Assembly (NCBI RefSeq): GCF_006345805.1
Contig: NC_043003.1
Span: 93,496,001-93,560,000, forward strand
DNA: 64,000 nt
Source: Octopus sinensis
Taxonomy: Eukaryota
Direction: 5' to 3'
Positions 48,655 to 62,882 of this stretch are shown piece after piece. Positions within the stretch are counted from its first letter, which is position 1. Every line of letters starts with the position of its first letter. The translations under genes and the position numbers were made by a program. Under the pieces are notes generated by a model. That model saw only the letters and a list, made by a program, of their open reading frames with translations, had not been told where the DNA came from and ran no database searches.

Positions 48655-50300
48655 AGCAAGGCGGCGAGCTGGCAGAAACGTTAGCACGCCGGGCAAAATG
48701 CTTGAGAGTTTTTCGCCTGTTTCAACGTTCTAGGTTCAAATTCCGCCGAGGTCGACTTTGCCTTTCATACTTTCGGGATCGATAAATTAAGTACCAGTTA
48801 CGCACTGGGGTCGGTGTAATCGACTTAACCCTTTGTCTGTCCTTGTTTGTCCCCTCTGTTAAGCCCCTTGTGAGCAATAAAGAAATAAGAAACGTTAGCA
48901 TGCCGGGCGAAACGCTTAGCGTTATTTCGTCTTTCTTTACGTTCTGAGTTCAAATTACGCCGAGATGGACTTTGCCTTTCAACCTTTCGGGGTCGATAAA
49001 TTAAGTACCAGCTGCGTACTGCGGTCGATCTAATTTCGAGTGTTGTTCCTAGAGTAGAAAAGAATAATGGCAAAAGGCCAGTAATTTTAGGAGAGGGCTT
49101 AATTCAATTACATCGTCTTCTGTGTTCAACTGGTACTTATTTTACCCCGAAAAGATAAAAAACAAAGTTGACCTCGGTGGGATTTGAACTCAGAACATAA
49201 AGAGCCGTACTCGGTATTTTGTCCGACTCTCTAACTATTCTGCCAATCCTCCGTTCTGTGATTGTACCTCATGTAGGCACAATGCTAGCATATTTGCGGG
49301 AAAGGTAATACTCAATGCCATCGACCTCAATACTTATCTGGTACATTATTTTATCGACGGAGAAAGGCAAAGTTGTCTTTGGTAGGATTTGAACTATGAA
49401 CGAAATAAGTCGGAAGAAATACTGCCCAGATTTCAGTCCGATGCTCTGATGATTCTGCCTTAACAATTCATCCAATTACTTTTTATTGATCACAAGGGAC
49501 CGACATTGGCAATGCTACAAAGGGGAATACAAATATAAGCAACATACAAAAGACAGTGGGGGGGAGATTACGTCAAGTATAAAGGATTGTTCAACAAAGC
49601 AATGAAACCTTTAATAACTAAATGATAATAAAGACAAAAACCAGTATAGAACAGCAAAAGAAGGAACAAGAAGGGGAAGGGGTATCCTTCATAGGGGAGC
49701 GCGTAACTACAAGAGTGATCCGTGGAATCTGACATACCTAAAGCCGCAGGTATGGCTGTATGGTAAAAAGTTTGTTGCCCAACAACATGGTTCCGGGTTC
49801 AGTTCCTCTACGTAGCACCTGGGGCAAATGTTTTCTACCATAACCTCAGGCCGACCAAAGCCTTGTGAGTGGATTTGGTCGACAGAAACTGGAAAGGCGG
49901 CGAGCTGGCAGAAACGTTAGCACGCCGAAATGCTTAGTGGTATTTCGTCTGCCGCTACGTTCTGAGTTCAAATTCCGCCGAGGTCGACTTTGCTTTTCAT
50001 CCTTTCGGGGTCGATTAAGTAAGTACCAGTTACGCACTGGGGTCGATATAATCGACTTAATCCCTTTGTCTGTCCTTGTTTGTCTCCTCTGTGTTTAGCC
50101 CCTTGTGGGTAGTAAAGAAATAGGTATTTCATCTGCCGTTACGTTCTGAGTTCAAATTCCGCCGAGGTCGACTTTACCTTTCATCCTTTCGGGAGTCGAT
50201 AAATTAAGTAGCACTTACGCACTGGGGTCGATGTAATCGACTTAATCCCTTTGTATGTCCTTGTTTTTCCCCTCTATTGCCCTTTGTGGGTAATAAATAA
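48655..50300. mobile_element. Nested SINE family M and B arrays with a LINE-like 3' UTR (49480-49740, -)
   Basis: M dimers at 48660-49035 and 49895-50300, the latter inside a family B SINE. Confidence 0.85.
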
Positions 50301-50482
50301 GAAACTGAAAGAAGCCCGTCGTGACTTCTGGTAACTTGATTGAGAAAAGAAGACCATGAACGACTCGTATGTTTTTGCCTGTCCTTCTAATTGTTGTTTC
50401 TCTTGTCTGCTTTTGTATCGTCTATCTGTCCGAATGTTTTATTGTCCCCTATTGCGTTTTTGTTCAATATATATATATATGT

Positions 50483-50563
<81 letters not shown>

Positions 50564-51914
50564 GACGACCTGTGTTGATGTGTTTGCGTCCCCGTAACTT
50601 AGCGGTTCGGCAAGAGGGTCCGATAGAATAAGTACTAGGCTTTAAAAAGAAGTATTGTGGTCGATTTCTTCAGCATGGCCACAGTCAAACGACAGAAACA
50701 AATAAACGGATAAAAGAATAAAGAATAAAGAATAGTCTTTCAGCTGTTGCAGTTTGACGCCATTTGCATAATGTAGCTCCATCTGCCCACACCAATTTCA
50801 TCATCTTTATCTGCCTTTCATAAACATTTAAGGATAACAGTTCATGTTTTACCCTTATCTTTCAAGTGTAGCTTTAACAAAAAGAAAAGGGTTTGGCCTG
50901 AGAATTATATTTTTGTTCTTAGATCTTTCAACCTCAAACTTTTCATATTCCTTCTCCATAGCCATCGGACAGAGCAAGACTATCCATTCGTCCTTGCCGA
51001 AGAGAGATATCAGGTTCGAGTAACAGCCACATCGCCATACCTACGCGTAAACTCACAACTGTTTTTCAAGTGAACCCACAAAGTAGCAATAGGCGGACGG
51101 TTTCGTCACATTGCGCGCATCTCGAACATGTTCGGTTCACCTGTAGAGTTTACCTCGAACAGCTAAAGCCCTCCATGCAGAATTGCCAAATATTTCTAAA
51201 AGCGTTCAAAATGCATACCTGAGAATATTCTAGACTATTGAGACCGTCCTCATCGACAGCCAGAATCTCTGCCAGACCATCATCACTCATATCCTTTTCT
51301 AATTCTCTATTAGGATCAGTTTTCGACTAATCACGTGATCCAGCTGGCAGTACTAAAATCCAAAATTATTGAAGCTCATTAAAATCCTCATGAACATTCA
51401 ACGAAATAAGCATCAACAGCGAAGATTTATCCTCAATGGTCAATTCTCACAAGAAACAGAATAATAATACAAATACATAAGCGAAGGTATTGCTGTGTGG
51501 CTAAAAAATCCGTTTCACGAAAACGTAGTTCTGGGTTCAGTCCCACTACGCAAATCGTCTACTGTACATTTAGGTCGACCAAAGCGTTGTGAGTGAATGT
51601 CTTTATGTTTGTGCTCCCACAGCTTTACAACCGGTGTTGTTTTGTTTACGTCCTCGTAAATTATCGGTTCGACAAAAGAGTCCAAGATTTGTTCAAGATT
51701 TGTTCGACTCTTCAGGGCGTGCCCCAGTATGGTCGCAGTTCAAAGACCGATACGCATAAAAGAATAAAAGAATATGATAAATCAACCACAGTTAACATTG
51801 AGCAGCATCAGAAACAATAAAGAAAAAAGAAGGGTGTTCACGCCTGCCTCATGCCTACCTCACGCCTGCCTCACAAAAAAATTCTAAAGAAGACTAAATA
51901 AATAAATAAATATA

Positions 51915-52360
51915 GCTGGACCTTGCAAAGCAAATTCTAACCACAGAACCAAACTACGAAGGTATCAACAATGATCTTATCTATTCAATGCTGTACCATT
52001 TTATCAATTCAGCAACGAAGCTGATAACGAGGAAAACGAGGAGATTGATCCCAATAGAGTCATTTGGAAAAATATATACAACAATACGAAAAAAATATAT
52101 ACAACATGAAACAAATATATATATATATATATACAACAGGAAAACAGGAAAAAGTCAATGCTTAATGAAAATTTCTCAGTGCTTCTTCCTGGTTAACACG
52201 CTTTTTGAATCAAATACGAAAAGATTTTACATTAACAAAACCTCATAACTCTGGAGAGTACACCATTATCAACGAGAATGAGAATGTAAGTACTTGCAAG
52301 GGAATATAAGACGAACAAAAAATATTTAGCACAATAAAAAGCAAAATCGATCAGACCAGG
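51915..52360 (+). pseudogene. Possible highly degraded R4/Dong pre-RT region
   Basis: NTLFESNTKRFY resembles the N.LF....K.FY motif. Weak. Confidence 0.3.
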
Positions 52361-52362
52361 TG

Positions 52363-52394
<32 letters not shown>

Positions 52395-52396
<2 letters not shown>

Positions 52397-52939
52397 GTGG
52401 CTGCCCGCTCGTTATCGAGTATGGCCATTGCACGAAGCTTAATTAATGTTGTTATCGTGCAATGACTGTGCAAGAAGATTTTTTTAAAGGGAGGAAAGGC
52501 TGTGCACCGAGTCAATCTCACTCACTAAGCAACAGCAGCCATAATCCGAGAAGAACAAGTCAACATCATCAGTAACCACTGAGCCGCAGGTTTTATGTCG
52601 GAGTTATCCCACTTACCTGAGTTACCTTCTCCTAGAAGGATGCCCTAACAAAGGCTAGGAGTCCTTCACTCCCAATGGTTTAACCGCGCGATCGGGTATT
52701 CAGTCCGATTATTTCTGTCCTCACGCATGATCCAGCCTTAAGACATTTATTGGATGGCCGTTGACTCTCAAGAGTTCCTCCGCCCTTTGACAGGTTTTGT
52801 TTTTCATCCCTCAGGGTGTCCAATAAACACCCTCCTCACCAAGCAAGCTTGGTGGAGTTGCCGGTTTAGTCGCCGACGACCCGACCATGCAACAGGTTGT
52901 ACTGGATTACATGTTACCAGTAGCACTCGAAAGTGACCT

Positions 52940-52942
<3 letters not shown>
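52395..52942 (-). mobile_element. Non-coding, non-autonomous RTE-like retroelement, copy 2 (more complete)
   Basis: Colinear with 819-1312 and shares both termini. Flanked by (TG)n and (TA)n. Confidence 0.7.
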
Positions 52943-52981
<39 letters not shown>

Positions 52982-52990
52982 CATACACAC

Positions 52991-53026
<36 letters not shown>

Positions 53027-53033
53027 ACTCCTG

Positions 53034-53067
<34 letters not shown>

Positions 53068-53298
53068 TTATATATATATATACACACATATATATATATA
53101 TAGGGAGAATTCACAAAAAAAAAACAAAAAACAAAAGACGAAGACAGGTGGTGTAGACAACAAGCAGATGTATTAGCTTAACACCCGGGAAGTGAAAAAG
53201 TCTTTAAAGTTTCGCGCCTCCACAGAAAGGAACACAGAAAGAAACAAGGCGAGAAAATAAAGAATGTGTAGTGGCTAGCGATCTATCATGGCGAATCA

Positions 53299-53683
53299 TC
53301 TCTCTATATATAAACGGCAGTTTGTCTGTGTGTGTTTCTGTGTGTCTGTTTGCTTGTACCCTCACCCTGACCACGGCTTTCAACCGATTCTGATGAAACT
53401 TGACACACACATAGCCCAATGTCATAATTCAAAACTAACGCAGCGAAAATTTTGAAAAGTTCCCCCGGTTCTGAAAAAAATCGATAAATTCGACATGGGG
53501 TCGAGAATCAAAACACAAACCACAGACTGTCTAGGGGACGCAACTCGACCTTTTTTAACCCTCAAAAAAAAATTTACCATCATTTTTTTTCCGTTTTTTT
53601 GCTATTTTTTGGCTATAACTCTCTAAAAATGCTTTATAGTTATTTACCTTACAAACCTGAGCAACGCCGGGCGATACTGCTAG
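53299..53683 (+). mobile_element. Non-autonomous Helitron: family A 3' end with a different 5' end
   Basis: A|TCTCTATATATAAAC start; CCTGAGCAACGCCGGG...CTAG|T end. Confidence 0.8.
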
Positions 53684-55452
53684 TATATGTATATAACGTA
53701 GATTATAGATTTTCAGATTTCGTGTGGTTTCATTAAAAAACAATTTCTCACCCACCTTCTAGTTTCTTAATTATTTCAAGCTTGTCGGTCAATTTCAACG
53801 TGATATTCCTTTTCCTACGACGAAGTTTATCTATTTTAGGAGCCAATATGACGAGCTTCTAAATATGTATGCTATATGGGGTAAATGTGAAGAGTAAACC
53901 TCAAATTTACATAAGTTGTCGTAGTTTGCTAACTCGTTTAACAAAGACGACCACGTTGTCGCTTGTTATCATGCTGTGGTTGAGGCGCTCAAGAATGCGT
54001 ACGCATGTACAAAAGACCGCTAAAGTAAATTTAAACGAAAGAAAAGCTTGAGTTTTCGCCAAGGCCGGGATCTCGGATGATCTGGATAGCTGGCACTGGT
54101 ATAATACAAATTCGGTGTTTTAAACTGATTCAAATCAAAATGTCATTTTATGTTCTAATCAGCAGTTAGATATTGAAGAAATAGTTCTGAATCTCAGACA
54201 TGCCTTAAGCATTTTGTTAATTAATAAATAACTCCAAATAGACACAATTTCTCATTGCATTCATCACACCCTACGACAGAGTTTTCTCAGTTTTCTCTGC
54301 TATATTTTCATTTTTAGGGATCTTTTGAGGGTTGGTTAGTAAACTACTATATAATCTACTACAGTAAAAATCAAATTAATTCAATGTACGTTCTGGGGTC
54401 ATCTTAAAAAATTGACTCTTGCGTTTTGAAAATATTTATTTGGTCCAGTTGATAGTTTTTCTATCTTGAGCCAATACTGCTGCGGCTTCAAGATGCATTC
54501 GATATCTTGAATTTCTTCACCTTATTCACTAGCGTATTAACTAGCCTATCCGGCCCATTTAGTCTTCACACCTCATTTCTTTCTCACAGTCGTTTATTTT
54601 CCCTCATGCTACTTTGAGAAACGTAAGTGCTTGCTGTATCTTTTTTTTTCTTTTTACCCAGTCGTTCCCTGCGAATATTTTACACCCATGCAAAGAAAAA
54701 TGAGGTTCTAGTTTCGACATCATTCAGACCCACCCATCTGTATGCTACCCTTCCCATCTCTTTTAACTTCATCCACGCTCAACTTACTAATATTTGTTCC
54801 TATATGTAAGTGATGAAACCCTTTTTCTTTCCTGCTTGTTTCTTTTTCTGATAAGCACGTTACAGCTACAACAAGGTTCGTTATATTATTTAATAAATAA
54901 ATAAATGATAATTTCTTTTCACGGATGGTGATGAGGCAGAATCGGTAAAGCGTAGGCTAGACTACTCTCTCTTTTACTCTTTTACTTTTTTACTTGTTTC
55001 AGTCATTTGACTGCGGCCAAAAGTACTGTAAGCCCAGTACTTATTCTATCGGTCTCTTTTGCTAAGTGACGGGGACGTAAACACACCAGCATTAGTTGTC
55101 AAGCGATGTTGGGGGGACAAACTCAGACACACAAACATATACACACATACATATATATATATACATATATACGACAGGCTTCTTTCAGTTTCCGTCTACC
55201 AAATCCACTCACAAGGCATTGGTCGGCCCGAGGCTATAGCAGAAGATGCCACGCAGTGGGACTGAACCCGGAAACATGTGGTTGGTAAGCAAGCTACTTA
55301 CCACGCAGCCACTCCTGCGCCTGTACATTGTAGGTTTTTAATCTTCATTATATATTTTTAATCTTCATTATATGTAAACACCCACACTTTATGCCTGTCT
55401 TTATATTGCCATTCTTCACCTTGGTGGCAAATAAATGAAATCATCGTTTTTG

Positions 55453-55502
<50 letters not shown>

Positions 55503-55574
55503 GAGTGACACTGGGGTACAAATATACGAAGCCCAATACACCCATCATGATTTCTCCTCTGATAAGGGTGCACC

Positions 55575-56480
<906 letters not shown>

Positions 56481-58533
56481 TGTGTGTGTGAATGTGCGTG
56501 CGCGTGCACGTAGGTATCAGAATAAAATAATGAAAAAAAAATGTTATCATCATGTGCAGGTTTTATAATCAACTGAATGAGATAACAGGAAAACATCATT
56601 TGTCTGTCCAGTCCTTATGATATCAGAATAAACACGCAAACAGAATTGGGTAGGCATTAAACAATATACTGATACGTTTACATGAAAGCCGAGAAAAGCA
56701 GTTAAAACGCCTTTGGCCTTAACTCTATTCGGTCAAAGTTGACTTAAAGAACAGCAACAACAACAAAAACAGCAGCAGCAGCAGTGGCTTTATCACGTCA
56801 CTCGCTTTATTACATCCGTTGTTTTGTCACATGCAACGTTATTTCGTTTTGTTTCTATAACTGTCCTTCGTCATGCAAAGGGCCTTTTAGTATTTTCACC
56901 AGCTCTTTACGCTATGAGTTCAAAACCCGCCGAGGTTCAAGTTTTCTTTTTCATTTTTTTTTTCCGGAATCAGTGAAATGAGGTACTAGGCAGCAACTGC
57001 GGCCTGTTCAATTAACTTATCTCCAAGTTTCAGGTTTTATACTTATATTAGAAACATTTATTATAGCCATCGATTTCACATCACTGCTTTTATCGAGCCG
57101 CTGTCCACCATATTCCTCTGTACTAATGTCAGTATAATATTTTATTCTTTTTTGCTATATATATGTCATTATTACGTTAGTTATGAACCAACGATGAAAC
57201 CTACATGCGGTCGTTCGAACTGTAACAAATAGTCAGAGCAGCATATTTAAAAACGATATACACCGGATATATTGGAAGAGTTTTCATTATACAACTTCTC
57301 GAGGATCTTTATGGTTTTCGTCATTGTTTACAATTTTGTTTTGCTTTCAAATTTGGTATATAGATTAAGTTTTGTATACTAATTATAAAAATGAAATTCA
57401 TTTTTTCTATAAATCCATAATTAATATGTTATTAGCCTTTAAAGCTTGCAAAATTTGGGTATTTTAGCCAATCAGAAGCGAGTATTTTACACACACCTGC
57501 AGCGAAAAACTATGTAACCAAATGCGCCCATGGAGGATAAGGAGATACGAGAAAGATAATCTACTATAATTATACTCTTGTGTTTCTCTCCGTCACGATA
57601 TATGAATGAGAAAGGAAGGGGTGATAGATGAATAGGGAAGGAAGGGGTGATGGCAAACTGGTGGTGGGAGCGTTTGAATTGTGTGAGTATATGTGTGTAT
57701 TTAAAAGGGAGGTATAGGAATGTGTGTGTGTGTGTGTGTGAATGTGTGTGTGTGTGCAATGGAAGTGGGGTGGTGAATTCTTTATTTACTAACAAATTCT
57801 GTTTTAAACAATATTTTGACTGTTATTTCTAGCAACTCCTATTGGTTTGTTTGTTCGTAGCTTTTAAATATATTAAATTTGCTTGCGAATGTTTTAATAT
57901 TAACTTCATTCGTGTATATTTTAATGTTTTGACTGTTATTTCTTGCAATGTTTTGACATGCCGATGTGTTTTAACACATCATTGAAATATTTCATTATAT
58001 TTTTGATTAAAACAATTCCTATGACATGGCTTTGTCACATTCCTCGTTATTCAGACAGAAGTCATAATTCAGCCAGAGTTATTCTCTCGTGACGTATGTA
58101 ATAATGACACAAATTAAGACAATATATATCAGCAGTAAATCCTGAATATTTACAAGAATTGTATTGATTCATTTCCACAGTAAAGTTTGACTAACCAGAC
58201 AAGTATTAAACAAACAAAAAATTTTTTTTTACCTGGAATATATGTCGAAATCTTTTGGGAAGGATTCCAAAAGTGTGACGTACGTGACATGATTATTCTT
58301 TTTTCACCTGAAAATATTAGCTGCTAATTCCTCTGGATTTCTCCTGAGCAGTATAAAAAGCCTCATGTTGTTTTATGCTTATTTACAATGACCATGAAAT
58401 TTCGAAAAATGTTAATGAGTTTGCCAAACAATAATGAATGTGGTGGCAATTCTCATTTACCCGCTGTGATGTGCGTGACAGAAATGGATGTAAAGTTCGT
58501 GGCAAAAATGGATGAGATTTATGTTCGTAACAA

Positions 58534-58601
<68 letters not shown>

Positions 58602-58603
<2 letters not shown>

Positions 58604-59173
58604 GCCCTGATGCAGTACCAGGCAGTGGCTCTCATGGCTTCTGATCTTAACTCATTGGAAGTGTTATCATGTACATTGTTTTGTCTTGGTATAAAAGATG
58701 GGCTACAGCAAATATTCTGCTCAATACCACAGATTTGCTTGTCAGCTGTTTGACCTTAACCAGTTGAGCATGTCCCTTAGTGGCTGACGATATGTGCATC
58801 TCTGATCACGAGCAGAAGTAGTGGGGGAGCATCATAGCCATGTGTTGAGAGGGATTCTTTGAGGTTTGAATAATTCACCTCTGGAAACATAGGTGGTTCT
58901 TTCAACATCCTTAAACAACCCTTATTCAGGGACCTTTTGAGCGGGATGGGCTACTCAACCTGAAGAAAATTCTAACTGGGCCCCACCTGCAAGGTCATGT
59001 GCTGTTTATCTTGATATGAGATCACCATGTCGCGCACATATGGTTGTGATGCATGTGCCTGGTGTACCCTTATTAGACGGGTAGTCATGATGGGTATATT
59101 GGGCTTCGTATATTTTACCCCAGTGTCACTTTGATGGCATGAACTGCTCTCTCACTCAATAATAATAATAATA

Positions 59174-59223
<50 letters not shown>

Positions 59224-59245
59224 GATGATAATAATAATAATAATA

Positions 59246-59294
<49 letters not shown>

Positions 59295-59298
59295 GATA

Positions 59299-59333
<35 letters not shown>

Positions 59334-59371
59334 AATAATAAAGATGATGATGATGATAATAATAATAAAGA

Positions 59372-59402
<31 letters not shown>

Positions 59403-59930
59403 TAATAATAATAATAATAATGCCCTGATGCAGTACCAGGCATTGGCTCTCATGGCTTCTCATCTTAACTCACTGGAAGTGTTATCTTGTATATTGTTTT
59501 GTCTTGGTATAAAAGATGGGCTACAGCAAATATTCTGCTCAATACTGCAGATCTGCTTGTCACTTGTTTGACTTTAACCAGTTGAGCATATCCCTTAGTG
59601 GCTGGGGGGAGCATCATAGCCATGTGTTGAGAGGGATTCTTTGAGGTTTGAATAATTCACCTTTGGAAACATGGGTGTTTTGTTCAACATCCTTAAATAA
59701 CCCTTATTCAGGGATGGGCTACTCAACCTGAAGAAAATTCTAACTGGGCCCCACTTGCAAGGTCATGTGCTGTTTATCTTGATATGAGATCACCATGTTG
59801 CACATATGTAGTTGTGATGCATGTGCCTGATGTGCCCTTATTAGACAGGTAGTCACGATGGGTATACTGGGCTTTGTATATTTTACCCCAGTGTCACTTT
59901 GATGGCAAGCACTGCTCTCTCACTCAATAA
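58602..59930. mobile_element. Two tandem copies (58602-59160, 59420-59930) of a ~550-bp non-coding element embedded in (AAT)n
   Basis: Both start ATGCCCTGATGCAGTACCAGGC and end CTCTCTCACTCAATAATAAT. A fragment lies at ~55500-55575 (-), also beside (ATT)n. Confidence 0.85.
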
Positions 59931-60931
59931 TAATAATGATGATGATGATGATGATGATGATAATAATAATAATAATAATGATAAAGACAAGGCTGTTTAG
60001 ATCTGGAAGAAATAGTCCTAATATCGATATCAAATCGAAAATGAACTATTTCAATATACATTTACAAATATATGGTGAGTTTTCTGGACATTCTATCATT
60101 TCAGTTAAGATTTATCATAACCATCATAGTTAATTTAGTTGCTTATATCAGGTAATACGTGATCGAACAGGCCTATGATGAAATACATTCCATTTCTGAC
60201 CATCGCACCTTTTATTTAAATTTGTCGATCAAACCTGTCACCAGACATTGCGGGGTGCTACAGAATATTTCGGGTGGGCATTAATTTGTTATAATGCTAA
60301 AGTGGAGTCACTAAAATGGAGTAAATCTGAGGATGAACTATTGAATATTGGGGGGGGGGCAGTGCAATCCAGTACACTTCCACCATAGCGACGAGTATGT
60401 TGTCAGTATAAGACTACATTAGTCGATGAATCCTTTTCTTTTCACAGACAATGGGGAATAAATTGAGATTTTGTTGCTATTTCTAACTCATCGAGTAACT
60501 GCATAGAAGCGGCCCGTTTGGTCATATTGTGGCTTCAGATTCTCCTTGATGTCCATTTTGTAATGGTCTCTGGCAAAGAAGTCATAAGTTTATCACGAAT
60601 CGATATGCGATAGCAACTATCCATCATCAGTGGATATATATATATGAGTGTGTGTGTGTGTGTGTGTATAAATGTATGTATGTATGTATATATACATAGG
60701 TTTCAAATTTTGTCACAAAGCCAGCAATTTCGGGGACGAGGACAAGTCGATTAGATCGACCTCAGTATGCAACTGGTACTTATTTTATCGACCCTGAAAG
60801 AATGAAAGGTAAAGTCAACCTCACCGGAATTTGAGTTCAAAACACAACGACGGACGAAATACGGCAAAGTATTTCCCCCGGCTTGCTAAAGATTCTGCCA
60901 GCTTGCCGCCTAATCACTGGATATATATATA

Positions 60932-60978
<47 letters not shown>

Positions 60979-61241
60979 CTCTTGCTATTACATCAAAGTA
61001 TAATTCATGCGAGCCTTGCTTCAAACGTACATGATTTCTTTTTCTGTTCTTTACACAAATGTTACACTACAGGCGCAAGTGTGATTGTGTGGCTGCGGTT
61101 GTAAGGTGTTTGCTTCCCACCCACACAACTCCAGGTTCAATCCCACTGTGTGCCAACTAAGGCAAGTGTTTTTGCTATAGCCTTCAACTGGTCAAAGCGT
61201 TGTGAGTGGAACTGCTTAACGGAAACTGTAAGAAGCCTGCC

Positions 61242-61306
<65 letters not shown>

Positions 61307-62114
61307 GCTGAGCATATAAGTGTAAAACAAAGTGGGAAAATAGTACTTGAATACCAAAGGTAGAGTAATATACTTTTTTATAAACGTTGCAAAATTATCA
61401 CAGAACTGTAACTCAGAGTTTCATGTTCCCGTTCGTCGGACAGATATGATACATATATATTCTCAGAGCGCCGCACAGTGGGACTAAGCCAGAAACATCG
61501 CCTATGAATAATATGCGTGTGTCTGTTTGTGCGTGTGTGTGCTTCACTTTCCACTGCTTGACAACCGGTGTTCGTGTGTTTGAGTCCCCTTAGCAGACTT
61601 AAAAAAAGTCCTGGGGCCGATTTCTTGGACTAAAATTCTTTAAGGCGGTACCCCTGCATGGCCACGATCTGATGACTGAAACAAGTAAACGATAAAAGAT
61701 AATGAGCACTTACTCGCAAGCACACATGCGCACAAACACACATATCTTTCTATTTATCTGTCTGTGTGTCTGCATGCTTTTCTTTGAAATTTAGGTTTTT
61801 TCCTTTTGCAGAGTTCAAGCCAGCCACTACGTCTGTAGAATGGATGGATGGATGGATGAATCGAAGCTGAGATTTAAAATAAACAATTAAAATTAAATCA
61901 TTTCAGTTTTCTGTGGCAGGGATTGATTGGGAAATGCTTATCGAGTCCATTTGATATTTGATTTAACGTTAGATTTAATTGTTAGGTACAAAAAGTACAG
62001 CCTTGTCAAATACTGTGTCATTCTGATTTTGTATGAGAATTACTTTCAAGATATATGTGTATGTAGAATGCTCAAACATACAAGTTAATTCTGGAGCTGG
62101 CTATTCACTTGGTG

Positions 62115-62482
62115 AGAATTCTCTTTTCGGTGTATCGATGGAGGCATACGACGGGGCTGAGATATGTGTGCTCATAAGAGCTTATATTTTGCACAATCTA
62201 AAGCTAGAATTCCCATTTATATATATTTCTTTACTGCCCACAAGGGGCTAAACAAAGAGGGGACAAACAAGGACAGACAAAGGGATTAAGTAGATTACAT
62301 CAATCCCAGTGCATAACTGGTACTTAATTTATCGACCCCGAAAGGATGAAAGACAAAGTCGACCTCGGCGTAATTTGAACTCAGAACGTAACGACAGAGG
62401 CAGGATTATATAGGGATGACGTCCTTATAGTCACCCATAATTTAAACAGTCATTAATTAGATAAGCTTCGGAAGGATTTACT
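62115..62482 (+). pseudogene. Naiad-type PLE RT fragment split by a family M SINE (62224-62398)
   Basis: LFGVSMEAYDGAEICVLIRAYIL, then the SINE, then GLYRDDVLIV...LDKLRKDL. Confidence 0.85.
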
Positions 62483-62754
62483 TCCAGTTTCAGAAGCAGA
62501 TGTTCCCTTCCTTACTTATTTTGAAATATTTATATAGACAAGGAAGCTGACCGCCACAACAGTACATGAATTTTGTTCTCTGAACCAAGCAAATATATCA
62601 GCAGCAATATTGTTCGGTGCAATTCAATATCTCTGATCAAGCATGCCTATGCATTGTAGTTGTGACTGTCTTATAATTTCAGGAGCATCTAGTACTCTAT
62701 TATCCAATGTATCTTTCTTTTATACGATAAGAATATAATTTTTGAGTGAGTTAG

Positions 62755-62882
62755 TTGTTATTGGACAAAGTTTTTGAGGCACATGACTGGGAGCATGTCA
62801 TTGGCGTGTACACCAACGGCGCTCCGGCGATGCTTGGTTGCCGCTCCGGTTTTCAGATTTTGGTGAAAGAAAAGTCCTCAGT
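62755..62882 (+). pseudogene. hAT (Charlie/ZBED5-like) transposase fragment
   Basis: DWEHVIGVYTNGAPAMLGCRSGFQILVKEK matches the (C)TDGAPAMLG..SGF...VK motif. Confidence 0.8.

Noticed and set aside
52857-52942. Canonical HDV-like, twister or pistol assignment
   Set aside because: Partial topological resemblance only; the L3/P1.1, T1/T2 and pistol linker consensus nucleotides could not be placed. Kept as an unclassified fold.
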